Positions 29,561 to 37,551 of a stretch of 64,000 nucleotides of DNA are shown here, piece after piece. Position 1 is the first letter of the stretch, and every line of letters begins with the position of its first letter. The notes beneath the pieces were generated by a model. It saw only the letters and a program-made list of their open reading frames with translations. It was not told the origin of the DNA and made no database searches. The stretch spans positions 78,117 through 142,116 of IMG/VR virus record IMGVR_UViG_3300022671_000005; one strand, given 5' to 3'. The position numbers were made by a program, and so were the translations under genes. The DNA is from a virus. Taxonomy: Duplodnaviria; Caudoviricetes.

Positions 29561-31090
29561 ATGATAACAAATTACTTAGGTCTAACTAGGAATCACTTCT
29601 GGAATCCTAACAGACTCACAACTCAAAAGTACTCTACTAGGGATCGTTGTGAATATATCCTTAATAGATCATTAATCTTTGGTTATGTAAAACTTGCATA
29701 TAATACTGACTCGGTGTTACTTTTAAAAGATATCATATCCGATATCAGATATGAGATTAAGAGCATTAGGGATTCTAGTATACGAGAAGAAGGTGTTTAT
29801 GAATCTTCTAACGATGGTATGCAGGTTTCTACTAAACATGTCCAAGATGTTTTAAGTATATGTGACATGCTTATTGGTGATACCAGAAGTTCTTTAGATG
29901 TAGATTTTGAAATTTATATCAAAGACTCTTTCTTTAGAACCATTGCAGAATACTACAATATGGTTTACAAGAAGGTAGAAGGTGAAGAGACTATCAAATC
30001 TATGCAGAGTGTTTACATCAAAGTTCTCAAAAGATCTGGAATGGGAATTTATTGTGTTCCACAACTTCCCAATGCTTACAACTCTCTTGTTACTTTAGAT
30101 AGTACTAAACTTTCTGATAGCACACCCAATCCTAACATTATTGATTTTATGTCGTGCTTTACATTTGTAAATGCAAATACTGACAACTATCTCTGCTGGT
30201 TAGCATGTATGTGTATTGAACCAGATAAGAACATGTGTATGAACGGTTACAGTATTCCATTGGACTTCATCAACAAGTGGTTTAAGCCAAGTAGTATTGA
30301 TGAAACTATAAGTAGACTGTCTTCTGGTGACACTATCGCGATTGAAGCTCCCTTAAATGGAAATATGAGTTTCGTTCTTGATTTCCTAGTAAAACTTAAG
30401 GATAGACAGAATGTTAGTTTGGGTCAAGTTACCAATATGGTATTGAAGTCCGCCCTAACTGGTCGTAATTATATAGACAAAGCCATCGTTTATGTTTTGG
30501 AAATACTTACATCCAAAAAAGTTAAGTCTAATGATGAAGGTGAAATAACCGGAATCGATCAAGAATATGTAGACGCTTTTAAATCTTCTGACCTGTATTT
30601 GAAAGAATTGGATATTACATCCGAATATTTTATAGATCAGTTTGCTGCTGAGGACGATCCCACTGAGGGAGAAGATCCAGCAGAGGAACCTGTAGAGGGT
30701 GAGACACCTACAGACGATCCAGCAGAAGATCAAAAGCCAGAAGAGGACACTCCACTAGAGGATGAGGGTAGTGATACTGACAATCCTGATGAGGGAGAAG
30801 AGTCTTCTGAACCAACTGAAGTAAGTAAAACCAATGATAGTAAGGGTATAGAGCTTAGTGTCCAAGAAGGACAATGCACTCTTGATGAATATCTTTACCG
30901 TAGAGAAGTAGGGTTTATTCTAACTCAACTGATCGAAAATCCACCAAAAAAGATGTCAGCTGAAAAGTTAGCCATATTGAGAGATATAAAAACTCGTTGG
31001 TTGTACATCTATGACGTAAAAACTATTCACAATGTTCTGTCTAAAATTATTGATCTTAAAATCAAAGTTAAGACAAAACAAGTGGCTTAA
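29561..31090 (+). CDS. Virion structural protein upstream of the capsid gene (phiKZ gp119 position)
   Basis: 509 aa with an acidic Pro-rich linker (~30649-30820); lies between helicase and capsid genes. Confidence 0.5.
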   Translation: MITNYLGLTRNHFWNPNRLTTQKYSTRDRCEYILNRSLIFGYVKLAYNTDSVLLLKDIISDIRYEIKSIRDSSIREEGVYESSNDGMQVSTKHVQDVLSICDMLIGDTRSSLDVDFEIYIKDSFFRTIAEYYNMVYKKVEGEETIKSMQSVYIKVLKRSGMGIYCVPQLPNAYNSLVTLDSTKLSDSTPNPNIIDFMSCFTFVNANTDNYLCWLACMCIEPDKNMCMNGYSIPLDFINKWFKPSSIDETISRLSSGDTIAIEAPLNGNMSFVLDFLVKLKDRQNVSLGQVTNMVLKSALTGRNYIDKAIVYVLEILTSKKVKSNDEGEITGIDQEYVDAFKSSDLYLKELDITSEYFIDQFAAEDDPTEGEDPAEEPVEGETPTDDPAEDQKPEEDTPLEDEGSDTDNPDEGEESSEPTEVSKTNDSKGIELSVQEGQCTLDEYLYRREVGFILTQLIENPPKKMSAEKLAILRDIKTRWLYIYDVKTIHNVLSKIIDLKIKVKTKQVA

Positions 31091-31225
31091 GATTCTGTAC
31101 TTATAGATACATCTTTTTAAAGATTAACCGTCTACAAGTATATCATCTTATGTAGAACATTTTTATACAAATAAAAAAAGTTAACAAAACGTTATCTTGA
31201 GTAATAATCATGGAGAACTATTCCT

Positions 31226-33385
31226 ATGAAGAAGAATCAAAACTTCGAAAACTTCCTGGAGTCTATTAGGGAAGAATGTGCCAAAGCCACTGACGTGGTT
31301 GGTGCAGACCTCGTCAGCCTTGCTAGCAAGATTGGTGAGAACGTACAGTCGTTTCTGGCTGAAAACAACATTGCTCGTCCTCGTGAAGAAAGTGGTGCAT
31401 GGATTGCTACCGAAGCCTTCAACATGGACACTTTGTCTGAAGTCGGTTTCGAATCTATCAGTGGTCTTGTAAAGGCTTCTGGTGTTCCGGAAAAGAATAT
31501 GTCCCAGGCTATGGAATCTGTAGCTATGCTTCTTGGTCGTAACGCTACTGGCGGTATGGCTGGTGATGCTTGGGGTCGTCAATCTGCTCGTCAGACTGAC
31601 TTCGGTGGAAGCATTGTTTCCATGGAAGATATGTATCCGTCGCACATCAGTGCACTGTTCAAAGACGGTAATCTGAGTACTGAAAGCTTTGGTGTTGGTA
31701 CTGACTCTGTCCTCGTCGACATGAAGATTGCTATCACTGTTAGCCTTATGAAGTGGCACACTACCCTGACTCCGCGCATGCTGGCTGTTCTTGGTACTTC
31801 CACTCCTATCGTCCAGTACAAGAAAGAAACACTGGTTGTTTATGATCTGAATGATCCTACTGACAAGTCAACTCGTGTCATCGATCTCTATGAAGATCCT
31901 GCTTTGGTAAGCAACGAACTGAAACAGATCGTTCCTGCTGAAGCTAATGATAGTGATGATGTTCTTGTTAGTGATGGAATCATCCGTTTCGATAAGAAAG
32001 CCAACATCCTTGACCTGTCCATCGACGCTACCAAATATGGTTATACGACTATCAATCGTACAGACCTGGTTGCTGATGGTGTTCTCATGGAACTGGTTTA
32101 TATTGAACTGGCTGACGGTACCGATGTTGAAACTTTCGAACTTGCTATTCCTAAGAGCAAAGGTCGTCTGAGTCGTCAGAACAATGATGGTAGTTCTGTT
32201 CGTGCAGCTAACATTAGCCACACTGTCCTTCTGACAGCTTCTACCACTCAATCAAGTGGTGCTGTTTCTGACATTATAGCTAAGCTTGGTGATCCTAAAG
32301 ACGCTATTGCAGTTTCTCTCGAAATCAAACCTGAGATCGATCTGAAAACTGGTATTGCATATACCCTCGGTGGTTTCACCGTTGCATCTGCAAACGTTGA
32401 TGGTCTCACGCCTGATGCTGCTACTGACACTTTGGTTGGTAACATTGTTACTAACACTGTTCCTGGTGGAGCAGGTGCTGGTCTGACTGGTTACACTCTG
32501 GATGCTAAGTTCAGTGAAGAAAACATGCGTAAATCTGACATCGCTGTTACCAACGAAACTGGTCAGCTTGCATACAACATCCCAACTGGTCGTAACTACC
32601 TTATCGACTATGCCATGGGTGATGATCGTGTTAACGCTGGTACCAACGCTGCTAACCTGAATGCAGTTATCCGCATTGGTCAGGACGATCGTGCTCTTAA
32701 GCTTATCGAAGCAGTTATGCTCGAAGTTAAAGATGCTAACGACCTGGCTATTGCTCTTGGTGATAGTGCTATTGATATCGGACAGTTCTATGCTGCTGGT
32801 AACAAAGTACGTCCTACCGTTCTTGAGCCTACTCTCGACCTCGGTGGTATTACTACTGATCGTGATGACGTTCGTTTCGAACTGGTTACTGCACGTACCC
32901 AGGCTTTCCTGACTAGCGTTATTGCTGAGATCCACACCAAATCGTTCTACACCAACCAGTTGGTTAATGGTCAGATGCCCGTTTATCGTGTCATCACCTC
33001 CAACAAGGTTAAGGACAACGTTCTTGGTGTAACTCACCTGCACAACCACCTTGCAGAAGGTGGAGCTCCTGTAGCTGGTGACGGTGTTGAACTTCGCCTG
33101 GTTCTCAAATCTGGTGTTGTTCTTGAAGTTATCACAACCACGTTTGACAGCATGGACACCAAGATGATCATCATCCCGTTCCTGCCTGGTCAACCCAAGT
33201 CCGAACTCAACTTCGGTACTAACTGGGATTACGGTACGATGGTTGGACATTACAACCACAGTGATGGACATGCTGCGACTAACCGTCGTATCTATGCTAA
33301 CACTCGTGAGCTTCCGGTACCTACTAATGTTATCGGTGCTATTGTCACTGTTGAGAACATCGATGAAGCTATGTTCCGCGTATAA
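31226..33385 (+). CDS. Major capsid protein (phiKZ gp120-like)
   Basis: 719 aa; propeptide with ATEA, AMES and STESFG cleavage-type sites; strongly biased high-expression codons; helicase-X-capsid synteny. Confidence 0.88.
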   Translation: MKKNQNFENFLESIREECAKATDVVGADLVSLASKIGENVQSFLAENNIARPREESGAWIATEAFNMDTLSEVGFESISGLVKASGVPEKNMSQAMESVAMLLGRNATGGMAGDAWGRQSARQTDFGGSIVSMEDMYPSHISALFKDGNLSTESFGVGTDSVLVDMKIAITVSLMKWHTTLTPRMLAVLGTSTPIVQYKKETLVVYDLNDPTDKSTRVIDLYEDPALVSNELKQIVPAEANDSDDVLVSDGIIRFDKKANILDLSIDATKYGYTTINRTDLVADGVLMELVYIELADGTDVETFELAIPKSKGRLSRQNNDGSSVRAANISHTVLLTASTTQSSGAVSDIIAKLGDPKDAIAVSLEIKPEIDLKTGIAYTLGGFTVASANVDGLTPDAATDTLVGNIVTNTVPGGAGAGLTGYTLDAKFSEENMRKSDIAVTNETGQLAYNIPTGRNYLIDYAMGDDRVNAGTNAANLNAVIRIGQDDRALKLIEAVMLEVKDANDLAIALGDSAIDIGQFYAAGNKVRPTVLEPTLDLGGITTDRDDVRFELVTARTQAFLTSVIAEIHTKSFYTNQLVNGQMPVYRVITSNKVKDNVLGVTHLHNHLAEGGAPVAGDGVELRLVLKSGVVLEVITTTFDSMDTKMIIIPFLPGQPKSELNFGTNWDYGTMVGHYNHSDGHAATNRRIYANTRELPVPTNVIGAIVTVENIDEAMFRV

Positions 33386-33409
33386 CTAGTTAGCTAGTTA
33401 AGTTATTCT

Positions 33410-33443
33410 ACTAGTACCTTGGGCCTAGGCCCAAGGTACTAGT
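33410..33443 (+). terminator. 34-bp perfect palindrome centred on CCTAGG, followed by a pyrimidine tract
   Basis: actagtaccttgggcct|aggcccaaggtactagt-tcttttctttctcttttt. Confidence 0.75.
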
Positions 33444-33488
33444 TCTTTTCTTTCTCTTTTGTTAAAGTGTAGTTCATGTATTTACAAC

Positions 33489-33507
33489 TATATATTACTA
33501 TTATGAA
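33489..33507 (+). promoter_or_regulatory. Early-type promoter
   Basis: tatatattac-tatta-tgaa. Confidence 0.65.
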
Positions 33508-33551
33508 TCATTCATTTAATCTTGCAACCTTAAATTAATAAGAGGTCCGTT

Positions 33552-33851
33552 ATGACTACACCTGTTGCTTATTTAGATGTGGTGGAACATCTTGAAAAGT
33601 TAGTCAATGAAACTGTCGTCAGGCATTACACTCCTGCTGAAGGTCTTGTTGGTAACTCCAGGATGTTGGCTGATAGATTCGATGTTGAGTCAGGAAGACA
33701 ATATGCTATCCAGAAGGTAGATGACCTTCTAAAGATATTGGAAGTTGGCAGTCCTTGTGATACAAGATATCCTGAAATAAAGCAAAGGGTAGATAGTCTT
33801 CATGTGTATCTTAAACAAATGAGAAAGGAGATCCTGAATAAGGATCTCTAA
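33552..33851 (+). CDS. Hypothetical early protein (monocistronic)
   Basis: SD gagg; flanked by an early promoter and a terminator. Confidence 0.7.
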   Translation: MTTPVAYLDVVEHLEKLVNETVVRHYTPAEGLVGNSRMLADRFDVESGRQYAIQKVDDLLKILEVGSPCDTRYPEIKQRVDSLHVYLKQMRKEILNKDL

Positions 33852-33858
33852 ATCTCAT

Positions 33859-33888
33859 GGAACTCTAACGAGTTCCTTTTTATTTTTT
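33859..33888 (+). terminator. Classic intrinsic terminator
   Basis: ggaactc-taac-gagttcc followed by a T-tract. Confidence 0.75.
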
Positions 33889-33903
33889 CAGTTTCATTAT
33901 ATG

Positions 33904-33922
33904 TATATATTACTATCATGAA
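33904..33922 (+). promoter_or_regulatory. Early-type promoter
   Basis: tatatattac-tatca-tgaa. Confidence 0.65.
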
Positions 33923-33955
33923 CATAATTGTAACATCTAATGGAGGACCATTGTC

Positions 33956-34165
33956 ATGTCTAAAGGAGTAACTAGTACTATCATTGACGATAGTGCAATG
34001 CCAGTGTGTGAAGAGGGTAACACTGCTGAGATAATTATGTCTGAAGAGTCTATCCGGAACAGGACTACCACACAGCAGAGAAAGTTCTTAACGGAGACAG
34101 TAAGAAAAAGATTCGTATTGGAAGCAAAGAAATCTTTCAACTTAACTATCAAAGCTAAGAAATAG
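33956..34165 (+). CDS. Small hypothetical early protein
   Basis: SD ggagg; 69 aa. Confidence 0.6.
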   Translation: MSKGVTSTIIDDSAMPVCEEGNTAEIIMSEESIRNRTTTQQRKFLTETVRKRFVLEAKKSFNLTIKAKK

Positions 34166-34174
34166 GTAATTGCA

Positions 34175-34354
34175 ATGTCTCATAACGATGAAATGTTTTT
34201 GACAATACTACAATACATATTTGGTACAATAAGTACAGTCTGTGTTATAGTAATACCATTCATTATTAGATTGACTATATTAGCATATATAGACTGGAAA
34301 GAAGCATTAGACGATTTAGAAGGCACTGATAACCTATACTGGAGAGGAAATTAG
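34175..34354 (+). CDS. Small membrane protein (59 aa; not in ORF track)
   Basis: MSHNDEMFLTILQYIFGTISTVCVIVIPFIIRLTILAYIDW...; SD aggt. Confidence 0.45.
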   Translation: MSHNDEMFLTILQYIFGTISTVCVIVIPFIIRLTILAYIDWKEALDDLEGTDNLYWRGN

Positions 34355-34452
34355 TTCAGATGTCCTAGTAGGAGTATCTATATTCTCTATTGTACTACTA
34401 ACGGGCACGATGGCTTTTATCATTGGTGTCCTTAAAAGGATACTTAAATGTA

Positions 34453-34575
34453 TTGAGAATAAAAGAACTAGATGATCATAAAAAGTTTTTAGAAGAGTTC
34501 AAACTGAACTACAAACTACTATTTGAATGTTGCCCACCTAAATGTAAATGTCAATATTGCTCTAAGGAAAAGTAA
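34453..34575 (+). CDS. Tiny Cys-rich protein (not in ORF track)
   Basis: TTG start; ends ...FECCPPKCKCQYCSKEK; its stop abuts the next ATG. Confidence 0.35.
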   Translation: MRIKELDDHKKFLEEFKLNYKLLFECCPPKCKCQYCSKEK

Positions 34576-34576
34576 T

Positions 34577-34783
34577 ATGTTTATAACTATATCTGAAAGT
34601 AACTGTTGTCCTAAGGATGTCCCTGGAACTAACTTTCCACCTGACCCTGGATCTAAAATATGTCAGAGGTGTGAGTACAACCTAGAGACTAAACGTAACG
34701 AAGATAGGGTTCATGACATGTGTCCTATCTATATTGTTAAATGTGGTCAGCCATATGATACAAAATCTGATAGTCAAACTTAA
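34577..34783 (+). CDS. Small Cys-rich protein
   Basis: ATG 34577 with SD aagga; CC, CQRC, C, C. Confidence 0.5.
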   Translation: MFITISESNCCPKDVPGTNFPPDPGSKICQRCEYNLETKRNEDRVHDMCPIYIVKCGQPYDTKSDSQT

Positions 34784-35066
34784 AGAGTTTTGGAAGATAC
34801 TGAAAAACATACATTGTCCATGTTGTGGTAAAGTATCTCTCATACCAAGAACAAGAGAAGTACCCTGCCCATGGGGAGATGAATACAAACTTTTACTACT
34901 ATGTAAGGACTGTTTAAAAAAAGATATAGAGTCAGTAAAAGTCAAGATTTTTTATGCATGGTACTTTGAATTGTATTCCAATTTACTAGAAAAGTATTTT
35001 GATAATCCCAATAACAAATATCTAAGCAAGGAATGTGATAGATTAGAAACATTATTATTTGATTAA
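34713..35066 (+). CDS. Small Zn-ribbon-like protein (start may be further downstream)
   Basis: HCPCCG...CKDC. Confidence 0.5.
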   Translation: MTCVLSILLNVVSHMIQNLIVKLKEFWKILKNIHCPCCGKVSLIPRTREVPCPWGDEYKLLLLCKDCLKKDIESVKVKIFYAWYFELYSNLLEKYFDNPNNKYLSKECDRLETLLFD

Positions 35067-35081
35067 CATACAGGGCTGTAT

Positions 35082-35240
35082 ATGAAGAAAGGATTAATAT
35101 TACCAGATAGGTATTATGTAGTACTTAACGGTGAAGTGTTTCTGGATACACAGAATGCTATGATAGCAAGATGCTACTACAACATTATGAGGCAGTTCTT
35201 TATATTCGCAGAACTGATAGAACCAACAACAACAAACTAG
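35082..35240 (+). CDS. Small hypothetical protein (52 aa; not in ORF track)
   Basis: MKKGLILPDRYYVVLNGEVF...; fills the gap in the operon. Confidence 0.4.
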   Translation: MKKGLILPDRYYVVLNGEVFLDTQNAMIARCYYNIMRQFFIFAELIEPTTTN

Positions 35241-35255
35241 AGATGGAGAATAGAA

Positions 35256-35498
35256 ATGGTAAGGATTCCTAACACTGAAGAAAATCGACAAAGACTTCTG
35301 GACAATATGAGACTCATGATCCCAGAAGAGGAGTTTAATGAATTGGAACTTCTTGACGAGATGGAAGATGATGTTGTCTTTCAAGAATTTGTTGGTATGT
35401 ATTCTGAACCAGAAGAATGGGGTGAGTTTTCTGATACAGATTATCTTTCAAATAAAGAATTATCTGAGCTTGAAGATCCTCCAGATTTATTGTATTAA
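35256..35498 (+). CDS. Small highly acidic protein
   Basis: SD ggag; D/E-rich 80 aa. Confidence 0.6.
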   Translation: MVRIPNTEENRQRLLDNMRLMIPEEEFNELELLDEMEDDVVFQEFVGMYSEPEEWGEFSDTDYLSNKELSELEDPPDLLY

Positions 35499-35539
35499 AT
35501 CGACTAGACCATCTGTACTGGTTAAATAATTATCATTGT

Positions 35540-35571
35540 TCTACCTGTAGGTTATATAACCTACAGGTAGA
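35540..35571. terminator. 32-bp perfect palindrome
   Basis: tctacctgtaggttat|ataacctacaggtaga. Confidence 0.65.
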
Positions 35572-35651
35572 CTTTTAGCTATCTATTTCTATTAAAATAT
35601 TAATTTAAAGAATCATCAAATAATATAAAATAAAGGACAGGATTAAATATC

Positions 35652-35933
35652 ATGAATTGGATAAACAGATTTTTAAATTGCATCGATATTTTAAAGGCGC
35701 GTGAAAGAGAACTGTTGTTAAAAGGTGATCATTTTAAAACATCAGATCCAGAAATTGTAATGGTTCAAAAACTTTTGTACGAATTAAAAGATCCAGAAGT
35801 TATGGAATCATACAATCAAAACTTTAAATCAAAAGCTTATCTGATAGGACAAGCATACAACTTCTTAAAGGGTATACCAATAGAAAGGGATATCGATATA
35901 GAAAAATTATTAGGAGTAGCAAATGACGATTAA
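35652..35933 (+). CDS. Hypothetical protein
   Basis: 93-aa ORF with SD agga. Confidence 0.6.
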   Translation: MNWINRFLNCIDILKARERELLLKGDHFKTSDPEIVMVQKLLYELKDPEVMESYNQNFKSKAYLIGQAYNFLKGIPIERDIDIEKLLGVANDD

Positions 35934-36999
35934 AAGAATGGATGGATCATATCGCAGAAATTCGAAGTGTCCCTGTGGTTCTGGGAAGAAGATAAAAAAA
36001 TGTTGCTCACATTTATTAATGGTAGTTACCAATAGTGATGTTGAAGCTGACGTTAGATCAACAAACATTGAAGCTAATTCATATGTAAAGACAACATCTA
36101 CGTTAAAGAATCTAGAAGCTCCTAATCCAGACAATATGTTTCGTGGAAAAATGACATGCGGTTGTTGCCACGGTTCTGGACGTAGAAGGAAACATAGTGA
36201 CAAATATCCTTTCAAGGAAATGGTTGGTTCTACAGAATGTGAATCATGTGATGGTAAAGGTTGGTATTGGGTTAGTGTTTCTGATATTATAGCAATATGT
36301 GCACACGACTCTTATTGTATTATTGAATATGTTAACAAAGACAAAACACCAATCAAAGTATTTAACACTACTGATAGTGAGGCCCCAGATCACTTATATA
36401 TGGATAGATTTATATGGACTAAATCATCTGTAGTTGAGTTTTGTGGACAATTTACTTTCGAGTATAAGAAACCCGAATTTGGTTTTCATGATCCTAACTT
36501 AAGATATATTATCAAACTACACCCTAAACATACCAGTATAGTGACATCAGAACAACTGATGTTCATATGTTACTTTGGATGTATATGGGGTAGCATACCC
36601 AATATGATAAAAACCACTGTCAGGGCATTCATGCGAGACAATGGTTTCGAAGGCAAATTGTCATTACTACCACATTCAGATATACCGGATAAATGGTGGG
36701 TTGCTAATAATAGATTCTTTGTCCCAGTTATTACCAAGAAAGAAATTGCACTTTATATAAAAGAGTATAGACTTCCTGGTAAAGAATATGAAATGAAGTC
36801 CAAACAGTATAAAGACTACACATTAGTCTATCATGACAATGGTGACGATTCTTTCTACATAGTTAAAGCAGAAGCATCTAATCTGAATAAATCTGTTACA
36901 CGTGAATATTTTGATGAGTATAGGAAATATCTCTTAGAAGTCTACAAACACAAATTCAAAGAACATGTAATACCACCTAAGGAGGTAGAGGGTGTATAA
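35923..36999 (+). CDS. SEC-C motif plus DnaJ-type Zn-finger protein
   Basis: RNSKCPCGSGKKIKKCC (SEC-C); CGCCHGSG and CESCDGKG (CxxCxGxG). Confidence 0.7.
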   Translation: MTIKRMDGSYRRNSKCPCGSGKKIKKCCSHLLMVVTNSDVEADVRSTNIEANSYVKTTSTLKNLEAPNPDNMFRGKMTCGCCHGSGRRRKHSDKYPFKEMVGSTECESCDGKGWYWVSVSDIIAICAHDSYCIIEYVNKDKTPIKVFNTTDSEAPDHLYMDRFIWTKSSVVEFCGQFTFEYKKPEFGFHDPNLRYIIKLHPKHTSIVTSEQLMFICYFGCIWGSIPNMIKTTVRAFMRDNGFEGKLSLLPHSDIPDKWWVANNRFFVPVITKKEIALYIKEYRLPGKEYEMKSKQYKDYTLVYHDNGDDSFYIVKAEASNLNKSVTREYFDEYRKYLLEVYKHKFKEHVIPPKEVEGV

Positions 37000-37270
37000 G
37001 ATTCAGTACCAGGGAACATCGTTCAGGTTAACGTTCGACAAGAATAATGTTCTACATATTACAGATTCAGCAGGACATTCTACTAATAAATTGAATGGAT
37101 TCACTATCTACATGTTAACTAAAGATAGTGAGTGGGTCAAGATTGGTAGTATAAGGTCTGGTGAAACAAAAGTCAGTGATTATAAGGAAGGTGTTGCTGT
37201 ACAGGATAGTACCGGAAAATATCTCAAGACAACTAGAACCACTAGACACAAAAAGAAGCGTAAAAAATGA
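36992..37270 (+). CDS. Hypothetical basic protein
   Basis: SD ggagg, GTG start, KKKRKK tail. Confidence 0.6.
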   Translation: MYKIQYQGTSFRLTFDKNNVLHITDSAGHSTNKLNGFTIYMLTKDSEWVKIGSIRSGETKVSDYKEGVAVQDSTGKYLKTTRTTRHKKKRKK

Positions 37271-37422
37271 AAACTATGATTATCTTGTTTAAATCATTTC
37301 TCAGATGGTCATGTCAACTGGACAGGCCATCTTGTAATGGTGACATAAGAGTTCCTTTGTGGAAATCTATACTGTACGATTACATGTGTCTTTTGACGTT
37401 AGGTATGTGGCGTCCAAAATAA
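37267..37422 (+). CDS. Small hypothetical protein (51 aa; not in ORF track)
   Basis: ATGA overlap with the previous stop; ends just before a hairpin. Confidence 0.4.
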   Translation: MKTMIILFKSFLRWSCQLDRPSCNGDIRVPLWKSILYDYMCLLTLGMWRPK

Positions 37423-37437
37423 TTCAGTGTGTTGTAG

Positions 37438-37465
37438 GGTAGTAGTCCAAATATGGACTACTACC
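37438..37465. terminator. Hairpin, 12-bp arms
   Basis: ggtagtagtcca-aata-tggactactacc. Confidence 0.55.
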
Positions 37466-37551
37466 TCTATTTTCACTTTCTACTTTTTAATTTTCTTTTG
37501 ATATGGTATACTAAAAGAAGGAACATATTAACACAATACTCGGAGTTAAGA

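Noticed and set aside
32252-33271. 339-aa antisense ORF over the capsid gene
   Set aside because: Shadow ORF caused by avoidance of TTA/CTA/TCA codons on the sense strand; no SD or recognisable motifs.
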